Part shown: in pieces, positions 26,779 through 39,596 of the stretch | Position numbering within the stretch: position 1 is the stretch's first letter | Layout of the letters: every line of letters begins with the position of its first letter | NCBI GenBank assembly: GCA_973895155.1 | Contig: OZ316899.1 | Span: forward strand, 5,707,241 to 5,771,240 | Direction of reading: 5' to 3' | Source: Marsupella aquatica | Lineage: Eukaryota > Plantae > Marchantiophyta | DNA length: 64,000 nt | Translations under genes and position numbers: made by a program | The notes under the pieces: model-generated | What the model was told of the DNA's origin: nothing | What the model saw: the letters and a program-made list of their open reading frames with translations, nothing else | The model's database searches: none

Positions 26779-27059
26779 GGCAGCAAGACCATTCAGAGAT
26801 TGGCGTAGTACTTTGGAGACAACCTGAGGTCTTTTTTTGCAGCTTGACTTGCCAACTTTACTCCATCTTTAAGAGTGGCTAGCGAGAGAGCTGACCAACT
26901 ACAACCATTGTTAAATTTTGCATTGGGTCCTTCCATACATGAAGGAGAAGTTGGCAGAGATTGATGCCTTGTTGGGTCGGGGTGAGGGTGTTTTGCACTT
27001 CCCAGAGGTCACCGATGACATGCACACCTTGGTTCATGGTCCATTACTTATAGTCACAA

Positions 27060-27510
27060 CTTGAAAAGCCATGTGGTCAAACGGGAGACATTTTTGAGTT
27101 GAACATCTTGATATGAAGATGGCTGCAACACAAGATTGTGGGGTGATGGGGTGGTTCATCCAAGATTCACAGAGTAGCACATCTGATAGGAATCCCATAC
27201 GTAGTACTGTGGTGCACTATGGGAAAATTGAGGAGATTCTTACCATCAAGTATCAACAACATACAACCTTGGAGGAGGTGGTGTTGAAGTGCTAGTGGTT
27301 TCAAATGAATCTTGTTGGCCACAATCGGACTTGTGAAGAGGATGCCTACGGTTTCACATGGTTGAAGACAAGTGCACGTAGTGTCATTATTTTCAGTTGG
27401 AGAACGTAAGATCCATTTGCATTTCACCATCATTTGAAGCAGGCACTTTATCTTCCCTATCCGGATGACCCAGAGTGGTCCATTGTCATGCCTTACATCC
27501 CTCACTCATG
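27060..27510 (+). pseudogene. CACTA transposase fragment 3 (DUF4216-like)
   Basis: TQDCGV...HYGKIEEILTIKY...VVLKC*WF...GFT...DPFAF..HLKQALYLPYPDDPEWSIV matches the C-terminus of En/Spm transposases. Confidence 0.8.
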
Positions 27511-30422
27511 ATCCACCATTCAGGATAAACCAAATGTAGTCATAGTGGAGGATTTGGACCCCTCTCTATAGTACATGCAACCTAGCTAGGTAAAACCCCT
27601 CTAGATTTTTCTTCTACCAGCATTAATTAATCATATATGTATCTGGTTCCACCTATTATAATAATTCTTCCACACATGTACCTCAAAAGATTCACATGCA
27701 AGCTTCAAATATGTAATTTATGAATGAACTATTGTTCACTACAGTACTTTGATGAAATGAAAATCCTTCATGCATGCATACTGAAACTTAAATTCCATCT
27801 TTCCCATACCCTTTCCCATGTTTCAAATCACAGAAATCCATCAAATATTCACCTGAACCATTCAAAAAACCAAAAACCCTAAATATCCAATCTTAACCAC
27901 ATTGGATACAATTTACCAAATGTTACATACCCATCAGACATGTTTCTCATCTTTCCTTCATCGGAAACCAATTGCCATACTTTGGTCATCGGACGGGTAC
28001 ACCTTTGGAAACAAGATGCCATTTTATTCCTATCAGACAACTTCCAATATTTAAATAATTGGATCTATATGCCATAGAATAGATATTGGACACCTCCATT
28101 GAACATTTAGAATTTAAGTTTGATGCAGGCTTCATTGGTGACGGTTCAATTTTAGTCGTATGGGTAAAGGCATCTGATTTTGTGTGAATCGAACATGTTG
28201 TTTCCAAAACTTAAAGTATTGGACACATTGTTTTTGTCAAAACAGGACATGTCCAATAGGCATTGCATGGGACGCCTCTTTTTGGCCATGATCAAAGTCA
28301 CTAGTGTGGGTAGCGCAACCGCTATGCCCCATGCCTTGGGCTGGCCCCTTAGCCACTAGAGGAGACACCATTCCCCTCATATGTGCTTTTGGAAACCTAT
28401 TGCCCCTGAACCAAATTTTGTCCTCTATGTTTGGCCTCCAAGCTTACACCCAATTGTCCAACCAACGGGCTTGGATGAGTGCTCAAGTAGCCCAACCTCA
28501 CACATGGTTTTGGTTTGTCCAATGGATAATCATCCAAACTACGAGTTATGCCCATGACACCATTTTGGTCCTTGCTTGCCCATCTATGCGCCAATTGTGG
28601 ACCTCCCACCTTTGTCCCTCAATCTTGCCACAACCATAACTGGAGATCTACATGTCCATTGAGGACATATCTCACATGGTTGTCATTGTGCTTGAGTGGT
28701 TGCTATTGGTGTTGCTATGGGGTATGCGTTCCCAACAATTTTATTTTCCAACATTTAAATGTGCTCCAATGCCATCAATATACAAATGTCTACTTCCTTC
28801 AACAAATTTATGCTTCTAAAGCATCTTGATGGTCTGAGCACAACCTTGTGCTTAGAATCACCTTTTTAGTTTTAGTTTTGTGGATACCTTACTTTAGAAC
28901 CTAAGGGTTTTGTCACAAGCCCGTCCCTATGCTAAACCCAAAGGTCTATACTAGTCCCATTTATGTTAGCTCATCATGGTATCCTCATCCTTATCCAAAT
29001 CCTAGATGGCCAATCCCATTATAGCAAATGTTAGAGGGACCCAACATTGGAGGTAGACAATGCCAAAGCAATAATGAGTAGGAGCAAGTCATGTCAACAA
29101 CTCCTCTCAATAGAGAACCGGCTTTGATCCAATTATTGCATTGTGTCCTACTTTTGAGTTAGAGTTGCAAAAATTTCCTACCCAACATTGATGACTCCCA
29201 CACCAAGCTCCTTTATGGTCTAGGCCCCCAGAATGGCCATTCAATGGGCACTAAGTATTGGGAGACTTATGGGCAAGGAAGCATTGCACTAGAAAAGGCA
29301 ATGCGCTGAGCTAGTGGCGCACACAAAGGACTTGGAGTGGCATTGGGAGCCGGTCGGGTCATGGGAAGGGCCAAGCTTAGGTAGACTATCTGGTCCCCCA
29401 GACAAGACTTTGAGTTCAGAGGGCTTGAATGAGAGCTCCTCTTGGGCCCAAGGCCAAAGAAGTTTACTTCATGCAGAATGGACGCTTGAAACATGAGATA
29501 CGACGCTGGTCAGGTGTAGCCATCTAGAACCCCCAAATGATGATGAGTTTTAAGAGCCTAGGCATGAACACCGCATTGGCCGGATCACAATAGGCTAAGG
29601 CGCTTCACCTACAAATGTCTAACTAGAAAGTTATGAGCATAGCAAGTTAGTTTTGTGCCTAGTCGATCAGGTTGGAGTCAAAGTTGAGGACCAAAAATAT
29701 GGCACTAAATTTGGTCTAGGGATGGCAGGTCTCCAAAAGCATATCTAAGAGGAGTGGTGTCTCCGAGCGGGCCAAGGGCAAGCCCAAGTCATGAAGTGCG
29801 GCGGTTGCGCTACTAAGAGGAAACACTAAACAAAAATGGCAATAAATTCTCACAACAAGAAGTCTGTTGGAGGACTTATTGGGTGTGTTGAAATTTTTTC
29901 AAGGAGGACTACATCCTCTTGAGATTAGATGTGTCTAGGGATGCCTTTGGGCCTTGAGGTATGCAAAGGCTATCTTGCCAACTTGCCCATCCTTCTAGAA
30001 CAACAACCAAGCTGCATTTAGTTTCCCAATGGAACTTGCGTTGGGGAGACAATGTGTAGTAGGAATGGGTGTTGAGGTCCAAATGCATTTTTCCCTTAGA
30101 ATCTTGGTTGAGTTAGAGCCATGGAGATGGTTGCTAAAGTTGGGGCCAAACTGGTCCTGGCGTTTGGAACAAGCTAGCTTTTGGGCCATGGCATGTCTTG
30201 GAGGCAGGGGGTCAGCTAGTGATAGATAGAAAGTGTGGAAGCTTGGGCGGTAACCGATAGAAGAATTGTTCTGGACAAACAGTGGGTGTCAGCCTTAGCT
30301 TTGGGTTATGGCAAGGCCACACAGGCCTGAGAGGTTCTATCCGTTGACCTACTTAATTACTAACAATTGTTGAGCTTGAGGCACGACAATGGTCTTGGGA
30401 TCCAAGATCATGAGGGGTTACT

Positions 30423-31189
30423 TGTTGTGCGCATACACATCGCTACACAACATACATTGCTTTCACACATATCCAAGCATAGTCACAATCCAATGACACA
30501 AACATAAGAGAATGGAGTACAAATGGAACCCATGTCCACACGTGTCCAAACCCACAATAATCTTCAATGGTGCAAATTGAACAATGATCGGTGCCAATCC
30601 AACAACAATCCCGTCCGATGCTATCACACATGTATGTCAAGTCCAACACATTTTGTGCTTTAAGGAATCCACATTACATGCACAAAACCTGGTCAACCAC
30701 ACCATGGCCACCGGAGCTTGTGCTCAAAGGCTCAACATTGAAAGATGAAGCCTTTGAACCAACACAAGGGAATAACTATCCCTCACCCAAACTCAAACTA
30801 AATACTAAATGCTCATATAGCACACATACAAAAACCTTGGGGGTTTCACTTTTACAAAAATGACACATCACGTGCGACAAAGTATAGGGTCATTTTATTG
30901 GTTCAAAGGAAAGACTTAAGAATTTTATGAGAAGAACAATAAGGTCTTTTAATTCAAATTTTGAGACTTGTAAGAACATTAGGGTCCTTATAAGCAAATT
31001 TTTGGAATATTCTTATTCCAACTTTACAGGGGTTGAAAAATAATATTTTTTCTTACATTTTAGGGGGTCCGAGGCCTAAAAATGTTGCAGGTGATGGGGA
31101 GGCATCCATATAGTGAGACCCCAAGACAAAACCTCTATACCTAGATAGTACAATATACTATACTACCACTGACTCTAAATGGTGTGACA
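30423..31189. mobile_element. Small solo LTR (TGTTG...GTGACA) with 4-bp TSD TACT, containing MITE copy 2
   Basis: Interrupts the host LTR at GGGTTACTTA; TACT at 30419-30422 and 31190-31193. Confidence 0.6.
30836..31125. mobile_element. MITE copy 2
   Basis: Same TIRs and body as 20418-20694; flanks ACAAAAAC / ACAAAACC. Confidence 0.8.
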
Positions 31190-32853
31190 TACTTACCAAT
31201 GGGGTTGGTTGCTTGTGCAAACAGTAAAGGCCATTGAGCAACGATCTTGCTGAGGAGCAAGTGCGGCTTTGTATGGGAGTTGCCATTGATGGTGATGGAG
31301 GCACCAAGTTGCTTGCATGTGGAGTTTGGTGGAGACGTTTGGGCATCAAGGGTACTTAGGCAAGAGTACCAGGTTTAGTGAGGGCGCTCGGTGGCTATGT
31401 CCACCACTATCAGGTTAAAGAAACAACAATTTGTTCCCAACTTGTTTGATTTAAGGCCTGTTTTAAGGCCTTGTGTCTCCCCCAAATGTCTTAGAGTAGG
31501 AAATTGTTGGTTCCTCTCTTGGTCACTGGAATGATGTGATGCGGCCCCAACTGAGTCCTCATTGGTGTCCTCATTATTATCATCCACGGCCTTTACAATG
31601 GTGAGTAACTCTCAAGATAAGTAATCTCATAAGTTATCAGTCATCTTCATCAATCAACTTGATATAAGTTGCCATGTCATCTCAGAGGTCACCAAGTTGT
31701 TGCATCCCAAAAAATTGGAAAATTCTGATTTTTTATATCAAGCTATGGATGTCCATACTGTACGGACACACTATCTCAGCAAGGTCAGCCAAGATGGCCA
31801 GGTGTTCATACGATACAAATATGGGCTTTTGCCCCAGCCCCCAATTCCCCCCAAAACATCCAAAATTTTCTTGGAGTTTTTCCCCCATTTTTTTGTCTGT
31901 ATGCCTATCTTGGCAAGGTCAGCCAAGATTGAGTCAATCTTAGTTGCCCAGCTAAGCAAAGACCCCATCTCAGTCACTCAGCTGAGATTCAAAAAATATG
32001 AGGGCTAAAAGAGTGGTAACTGATATAAGTCATTGATAAATGATATCAGCAATTTATAACTGATGAGATAGTCAACCCCGGAACTCCTAGGTAAGAACTA
32101 GTGTCGTGCTCTTTCTTGGGACACCCCACTTTTGTTGGAGCTACAACACCATCCAACTCTCTTCCAACGTCTTTAAGCCATTCCTCTTGCTGCATAGATT
32201 TGATTCCTTGCATATCAAAAAAGAATCCCCAAATGGATGGTAAATTCTGATTTGACCCTTGCAGAAATATTCCAATGATAGTCATTAAGTTGCTTCAATA
32301 ATTTGTTGTATAGGAAACTAGAGTAACCCCTTGCAAGGTTGAATGTCTATTGTGAGCCAACTACCATTGGTTCTTGCTTACCTCTGGTCTACTACCTGTC
32401 ATTCACAAGGTGACACGCAAGAACTTCAGCACCTTCAACCAACCACAATCTGGGTGACCTTCCTTTTTGAATCTCAACTTCTAAGAAATTCAATCAAATC
32501 ATACTCTCCAACATCCTCCTGCAACCAAGGTAGTTGGAAAAAATATTTGGGCTAAATCCCGTCAACAGTAAGATACTTGGTTTCTAGACAATATAGAATT
32601 TTGCACAAATAAGTTGGCACATTTTCAAATGCCTTTTTAGCCAATAGTGATAACTAACATAATAATAGCTACTCACTAATATACATATGTTAGTGTTTAC
32701 GCAAAAAGAGTCATTTGTGTCAACAATAAGAAATTCAATTACTACTTATTCATTTGAAGCTAAACATCTAAGTGTTTAAACAAAGTGCAATAGGAATGGT
32801 TTGAGACTACTTGAATCAATAGTCACTCATGTAAACCTACACATGTCAATGTT

Positions 32854-33003
32854 CACCCCAGAGAGGCATGGCTGAGTGGTAGCTCGTCTGAGTGGAGACG
32901 GATAGGTCTTGGGTTCAAGTGTTGTGACTGACTATTCCTATTCTGTGGGGTTTCACAAATTTCTCCTTTAAATTTATTAAAAAAACTTTTAAAAAACAAA
33001 CCA
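32854..33003 (+). mobile_element. tRNA-derived SINE
   Basis: Pol III A box TGGCTGAGTGG, B-box-like GGTTCAAGT, A-rich tail, 15-bp TSD ACACATGTCAATGTT at 32839-32853 and 33004-33018. Confidence 0.88.
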
Positions 33004-35129
33004 ACACATGTCAATGTTTAAACAAAGAACAAGTCTTGCATACCATGCAATGGTAACAATTACAGTATGAGTATTAATCTTATGAGATTTCTATAGTATC
33101 AAATACTTGCAAGCTTGTAGAACCATACCAGCACTTTGTGGTATATATAATCTTGGGCAATGGATCATCATCCACATCATTTGTACAAGGTATCTGAACA
33201 GCTTCTTGTCCTTCTGCGACATCTTTAGAGAGAATCTTACTCCTCAAAGTATTCTTCCATTTTGGGTGAGGGAACTTCAAATCCCTACAAATTGGGAAGG
33301 CATTAGGCTTAGATTGAAATACTTTGTAAACCATTACCCTAGCCCTACACCCTAAATTGCAGCATAGACTATCAAGCTGGAATAACTTTTGCTGAATTGA
33401 CCAATAAACCCACCAATCAAATTGTACCTTTCAAATTCTGCTATAGTCTTAGGAAGAAATGTTTCAATAGCTCTTTCTGTTTCAAACTCAACATATCGAT
33501 GACCCACGCAGGCAATAGGGATTGTGAGACAATCCCACATGCGTAGCAAACACCTACTTGCAAGCCTTTCTGCACATGGATAGTGATAACTATGCCTACA
33601 ATTCTTAACTCGACACCCAAGAGTTGCACCAGCCTTCCTGCATTCTGGGTCTCTGCAAATCTGTCAATGTATTGTGACAGTGTATCCACAACTCAGTTGA
33701 ATATTAAAAAATCATCTCAGGATCCTTAATGTTATGGATCTATTGGTGATTGTGGCTCATCAACAACATTTGGAATTTGACATCATTTGCAGTAACTCCC
33801 TCTAATGCCTATTTTAGAGCTTTACGCTAAATTACCAAGCCAGCATTATCCTTTTGGTTATTGCAATAAACATTAAGCAAGGTTTAATTCTCACAAGATT
33901 TTTCCCACGCTTCACTGCTACATCAAGTAGTTTGAGATGGTTCCCTTTCCTTGGAGAATCTTTTTGGAATACCTGCCAAACACTTTCAATCACATTCTTA
34001 GTGTATTTTTCACAAACCATTTTCCTCATATCCAAATTCAAGTTTGCAAGGAAGCAATTAGGCCACAGTACAAACAACATGCCTGGACTGACTACAATGA
34101 TATCTAGTGCCCACAAATCAGCAAAATGGGAGATTACAATGAGACACTTGAAAGAGAATCCATATATTTCATCTTTACAAAATTATTTCCTAATCAGGTT
34201 CTGAAAGGCATGCAAAAATGCTTTGGATCTGGGCATCTGGAATTTTTGGTTTTGCATCAATTATCATCATAGGAATATTAACAATATAGGGTATACATGA
34301 TTCGTACTAAAAATCTTGAGGAACCACCATGTGTTAGTAAATGATTGCCCTCAATTTATTACAATTTCTTGTATAGATTTCATTTTTATATTTTCTTTCC
34401 CAATAAAACCCACAAAATCCCACGTGAAAGGTAGCCCGAAAAGGCAAAAAAGGGCCACAAGGGGCCAATCAGACCAGAAGACGCTGACAAGAACAAAAAA
34501 CCCCCAAAGCCAAATGGGAGGAGGGCCAGAAGGGGTTAGGGTCCACCAAGAGAGCCCAAACAGGCAAAAAAAAGTGGCCTGAGAGGCCCTAAGCCCAAGG
34601 AAATAGAAGTCTCCAAATACCGCAAATCGCTACAAGCAGCCCCCCAATGGCAAACTAAGCAGACCTGATGGCAAAAGGGAGCCACAAGGAGAACCATCTA
34701 CATAGGCCCTGTGAAAGATTAACTATCTAAGATGCAAGAAGTCACCAAAAGGAAATACCCTTTTCCCACAAGCATTCAACAACACTTACTTTCTTTGAGA
34801 GACAAGCGCGTACGTGGCCAGAGATCACCAACAGCCATAGAATAAACATCTAAGGCAAACTACCCGAGCCAGAATTGCCCCACCAATAAGAATGTCAACC
34901 TTCCCAACCCCTCCAAGACCTCAGCTAGGGTCAAACAATAGTGCACTTCCAAGCTCAATCCAGCCCCCACAGGATTACTAGCACTCAATTGATAATCAGT
35001 AGAGCATTCCGTCTCCCCTATGTGAATTACCATTAATTGTGCCTTCACAAGAGAGCTAGCCTTCACTACAGCTTGCTAACGTACAGGCCACAACACAAGA
35101 TTCTCCTGTCCTTCTTCTTGATACCATCC

Positions 35130-35571
35130 TACAAATGTGCCTTAGCCCATTGTGATCAGGGCAACCAAGTGCTCAGTCCTAGGCCCTCAAAACCTATCGT
35201 CACTTGGGGGTACTGGACGGCTCTATATCTCATGTGATAAGCATCCGTTGCACATGGAGTAAATTTATTTAGCCTTGGGCCCAAGAGGAGCTCTCACTTG
35301 AGCCCTCAGAAGTCAAAGTCCGTTCGGGGGTCCGGACGGTCCACCTTGAGCCCAGCCCCTTCCCATGAGCCCCAAACTAGTCACTCTATATCCTTAGTGT
35401 GTGTCACCAGCTTAGCGCCTTGCCCTTGCTATGCAACACCTTGTTGCCCACTAGTTTCCCCATACTTAGTCCCCACCGAATGGCTGTTCCAGGGGCTTGG
35501 ACCATAGAGGAGCTCAGCGTCGGAGCCAGCAATACCGGAGCTAAGTGTTAAGGTAGTCAATTTCCGTGACT
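35130..35571 (-). repeat. Truncated LTR fragment of the AG...CT chromovirus
   Basis: Minus strand starts AGTCACGGAAATTGACTACCTTAACACTTAGCTCC, matching the start of the LTR at 50721. Confidence 0.8.
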
Positions 35572-35599
35572 AGATGCATCCAGGGTACAAGATTGTACT

Positions 35600-37050
35600 A
35601 ACCCAACCTTTGTAGTAGACAAGGATTTATGCATAGATGCATGTACCAACGCTACCCCGCTATGGTTAGGCATGAGTGCAACCTTTTCTTTGTCCATCTC
35701 CTGCAATTTCCAGGAAAATTTGTCAATTAAATCCATGCACCTTGTAGCGGATCTTGGCAACAAACACAAAAGAGGTGTAACAGACTATATCTTGGCAAGC
35801 TGCGCGAAGATTTGACCATTTGACGTACATCATGCATAGAGATGGAAAGCGTTAGACACTTGCAAGTCTCAAAAAGTTTTCCCATTGGGAAAACCAAAGA
35901 ATCCACCAAAATATCCACATCATGAGCTCCTTTGCTTTTCCTAGTAGCGCATTGCCCTCATTCCCACCACATTTCCAACCTCTCAAAAACTCGATAGGCA
36001 CAAACTATATTACCAATGTGCCAAAGTAAATCCAAAATTTCTTTATGCTCAAATCTCTTACTTGGGACAATGTGCTTCTACCTCCTCTGCACTAATTGGG
36101 CCCAATGAAACGCATCACACCTCTCTCTATGGGAATTTACCTTTCCATCACAAAATTCATTGCAGATTGCATTTCACCTAGCAACAGCATCATCAGCCAT
36201 AAATCCACAAAATTGCACATTCTTCAACCCATGTTCTTCACATACCCTCCTTGTGACCTTCCATGCAATTTGCAATGACTTGTTGTCTTATGAAACCAGC
36301 TCATAAACTAGCTCGCAGACAAAGATTGTGCATAAGCCCCAATAGAAATGGTAGAATACATGTGCTGACATAGGGCACCATCTATTGTCAAGTATGTGGT
36401 GCATGACATCGGACACCACCAAAGACTGGTCAAGATCCTGCCTAGCTGTATTCTTCAAACAAGGCCCACCTCTAACCTAGGACCTTCTATACTCAATTTA
36501 ATTTAAAAATGTGCCGCTCATCTGTTCCCAAGTTCTGGGCTGGGAACAAACACTTTGGATAAAAAGGAAATGCAGTTTGCTTCTGCATCTCTAGTATCAT
36601 GTTTACATCAAACGACACATGAGTGTACCTCTTGATGCTCCTGATCATCAAGCAAAAAACAGATTTGTTGCCCAGGATGGCCAACATTTTATCAAGGTCA
36701 TTGGCCTCCTCAGTTGTGACCATCTCAGCCACTAGGTCCTCAAGAATATCTTTAAGTTGATGTATTGCCTTGATCTTGATCATAGACGGCGACCTAGCAA
36801 TATGAATCCTCTTTAGTAATTCCTCCTCCACAACATTGCGCACAAGTGATTGCTGATATTGGTTGTGCATAAACATTGGAGGATGGGTGTGATTTTTTAC
36901 ATGCATGGCAACACAAGACTTGTGACAGTAATTATTGTTGTCATTGGTTGAAGCGATGTAGTACATCTCACTTGGGCATCCAGCAATACACCTGGGAAGC
37001 CTCTTGCAGAAGCTACAAATTACACTCAATGGGGGAATGACGCATCCAAT
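35600..37050 (-). pseudogene. Mutator-like (MULE) transposase remnant
   Basis: DVMHH..W...AHVFY....CTIFVCEL, then QFCGFMADDAVA.*NAI..F...R.CDAFHWAQ (DDE-domain MAD and CxFH motifs), with an upstream C..C...C...HTHP zinc motif. Confidence 0.72.
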
Positions 37051-37349
37051 AGGGAAAGGTAGCTCATTTGTGTCTACTTGATGTTGAGTCCACTTTGCAT
37101 AATTGATGGAAGAGTTATAAATTTTTGTGGAAAAACATTAGGGGTGATTTAAGTTCAATAATTACAAAGTTTTAAAACCAAAAGTAGGAATATTCCCATA
37201 TTAGTCTGGAATGCTAGACATATAAAACTTCCCAAAAAACTTTTAATCTTATTTTTAGGGCATTTATCACGTAGAAAGTTTACGTGTGATATGGGACCCC
37301 CCTTGGAGTGAAGTCCTTGAGTCGAGGATAACAACTGGTCTTCCAGGGA

Positions 37350-38510
37350 ATGATGAGAAGAGAATGGGAAGAGAATGAAAGATAGGTTTTTGATGACCCA
37401 TTCAGAGAGATGACTGGAGCTTCATTCCTTGATATAAGGATTAGAAAGAGGAACAAGTACTTGGGGCCTGAGGAGCTCCTCTTGGAATTCAAGAGGAAAC
37501 TGGACAACTCCTGGCTAGTGACCTGATCTCCTTTCACTTCAAAAAGCCTCTCTTTTCTTGAGAGCAACTGATAAAGACCTCTAGGATGTGCTGGAGTATT
37601 CCCTTGATGTTATCATCCACTAAGGGTTTCTTTGGAACCATGTTGAGAGGGCCATAGAGTTTGTGTCGGACCATCAAAGAGATAGAGCACTTGACGAGGA
37701 GGCTTTTGGGAAGGAAACCGCACCTCCCTTGAATTCAGAGAAAGACAAGGCTAAGGTTGAGCCTAGTAAAGAGAAGCAACCATTTAAGCTGTCTCAATTA
37801 TTGGAGAGTTTGACTCTGCTGACTGAGCAGATGTTTGGTCAAAAGAATGGTCAAGAAGGGTTGGATAAAGCAACACCAGGTAGAACCACAACTTGGGGTT
37901 GCATGTAATGTGATTCTAAGGATCATGCTAAAGTAGATTGTACTGATTTTCCAGAGGCCCTAAAAAAATACTTGATTAAGTATGTGGGGTGAATCAGGCA
38001 TGAAAAAGTTGCCATACTTTGAATCTTGATGAGGTTATTCCCTTCAACAGTAATAGGGGAGGAATGAAGGCTCTGGTTGAGAAGCAGGTAAAGGAAATTG
38101 AGGCAAAGATGGTCTCAGTTGCTTTTGAACCTCAGGTTACTTTATACCTTAGGTTTGAGCCTTCTAGATCATCAGGTCCTAGTGAAGTAGAGAAGAACAG
38201 GGTGGAGGCCAACAAACTGGGTGGATGTTTCTGTTTTGATAGCCCCTTATGCTGTCCAAGTCCCAGTCCAAGTATGTGCTTCTTGGGAAGCCCAGGTTGA
38301 GGAGAAGAGAAGGGAGGCCCCCTCGTAGAGCCATTAAAAGAGGGAAGGAAAAGGTTCATTTTGAGGATAAGTCACCCCCAACTAGAAGTGAGGAGAGTAC
38401 CAAGGACCAGCCTACCAAAGGACCAGGTTGGGTGTTTGGGACAAAGGTTGACAAGGAGATAGAACTGTCCAGAGGTTACTGCACAAAAGTTTTGGAAGCA
38501 CAAGGTTAGA
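37350..38510 (+). pseudogene. Degenerate gypsy-type gag remnant
   Basis: MTGASFLD...GPEELLLEF, a C..CDSKDH...DC zinc knuckle and NSNRGGMKALVE; many stops. Confidence 0.55.
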
Positions 38511-38817
38511 GAATCTACTAATGCGGATAGGTAGATATGCCCTTAGGACATGCTACAAGTTTAATGCTCAAAACATGCTTGTGGCATTGAGCTCCCCCCA
38601 AAATGCTTATTTGTATGCTTTGCAGATTCCACTAAGCATTTGATTCCCTGTGCAACCTTGATTCACTAAATCTGAGAGATCCATGCCATGTTCATGTCCA
38701 AGCAAACAAGAAATAAGGAAGTATATAATTAAGAACTAAGTTTGCACACTAGAGTTTGGAGAGGTATTGTATAATGCGATCAAACAAGAATTCTGTTAGT
38801 GAGACACTAGTGGTTTT

Positions 38818-39596
38818 CCTTGAAATTGTTTGTCTTAATAACATAAAGGCCATGAAAACCCCGTGGCCGGGGGGGGGAAACAATCAAACAAAACATAGCC
38901 ACCACTGGCACCATATCAATGAGGGGGCAGAACAAAAGCAGCACCAAAGCAAACTGAGAATCACAACTAATCCGCCCTAAGTGACCTCTCCTGGGAACAG
39001 CCTAATCAAAGAGGACGTAGCGTCCAGCACACTCAACCAGAAGAGGACCTACTCGACATAATTGGCATCAACCAGAAGTAATCCAAACATTGCGACTATG
39101 TATCCAGGCAACCCGTTCCTGATTAAGGAGCTCTTTTACACGGAGCAATCTAGTGTGTCGTCTCCCCGGGGGCAAACACAGGCCCACCGCAGTCACATGA
39201 TCTGCAGCTTCTGATAGAATAAACCTCAGATCAAATTTCCTGCAGCCATTGGGATGAAACATCTGGGAATTACGGCCCAACCACAAGGACCAGAGAATCT
39301 GATAGAAAACAAACAATTTTGCCACCCTGCAATGGTCTTTTCTCACAGTCAATTCCTCCATCTCCAATAACTTGTCCGAATAGTCCACAAAGTTGCCTTG
39401 GAAGCAGGTGGCGCCCAATGCCCAGCATCTCCTTGCATGCACACATTGAGCAAAAAGATGGGGAATGGTTTCAAGAACCCCGATGCACAACTTGCAGTGA
39501 CCCTCTCCTTTGCCAATGCGGACCGCTCTTGCTCCAGTGAGCAGCCCCGCTGCCAGAATCCTCTAGATGAACGTCTTAGCACGAGATGATAAGTCC
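38818..39596 (-). mobile_element. 5'-truncated L1 LINE insertion
   Basis: HCKLCIGVLETIPHLFAQC (zf-RVT) and ILWSLWLGRN; 18-bp TSD TGAGACACTAGTGGTTTT at 38800-38817 and 39597-39614. Confidence 0.9.

Larger units (their letters stand above)
29163..31408 (+). mobile_element. Old solo LTR of the AG...CT chromovirus, interrupted by nested elements
   Basis: Begins AGTTGC and ends GTCCACCACT; homologous to 49229-50721. Flanks GTTAG / ATCAG are each one transition from GTCAG. Confidence 0.72.

Noticed and set aside
32860-32930. Functional tRNA gene
   Set aside because: A and B boxes are present, but there is no convincing cloverleaf, and an A-tail plus TSD indicate a SINE.
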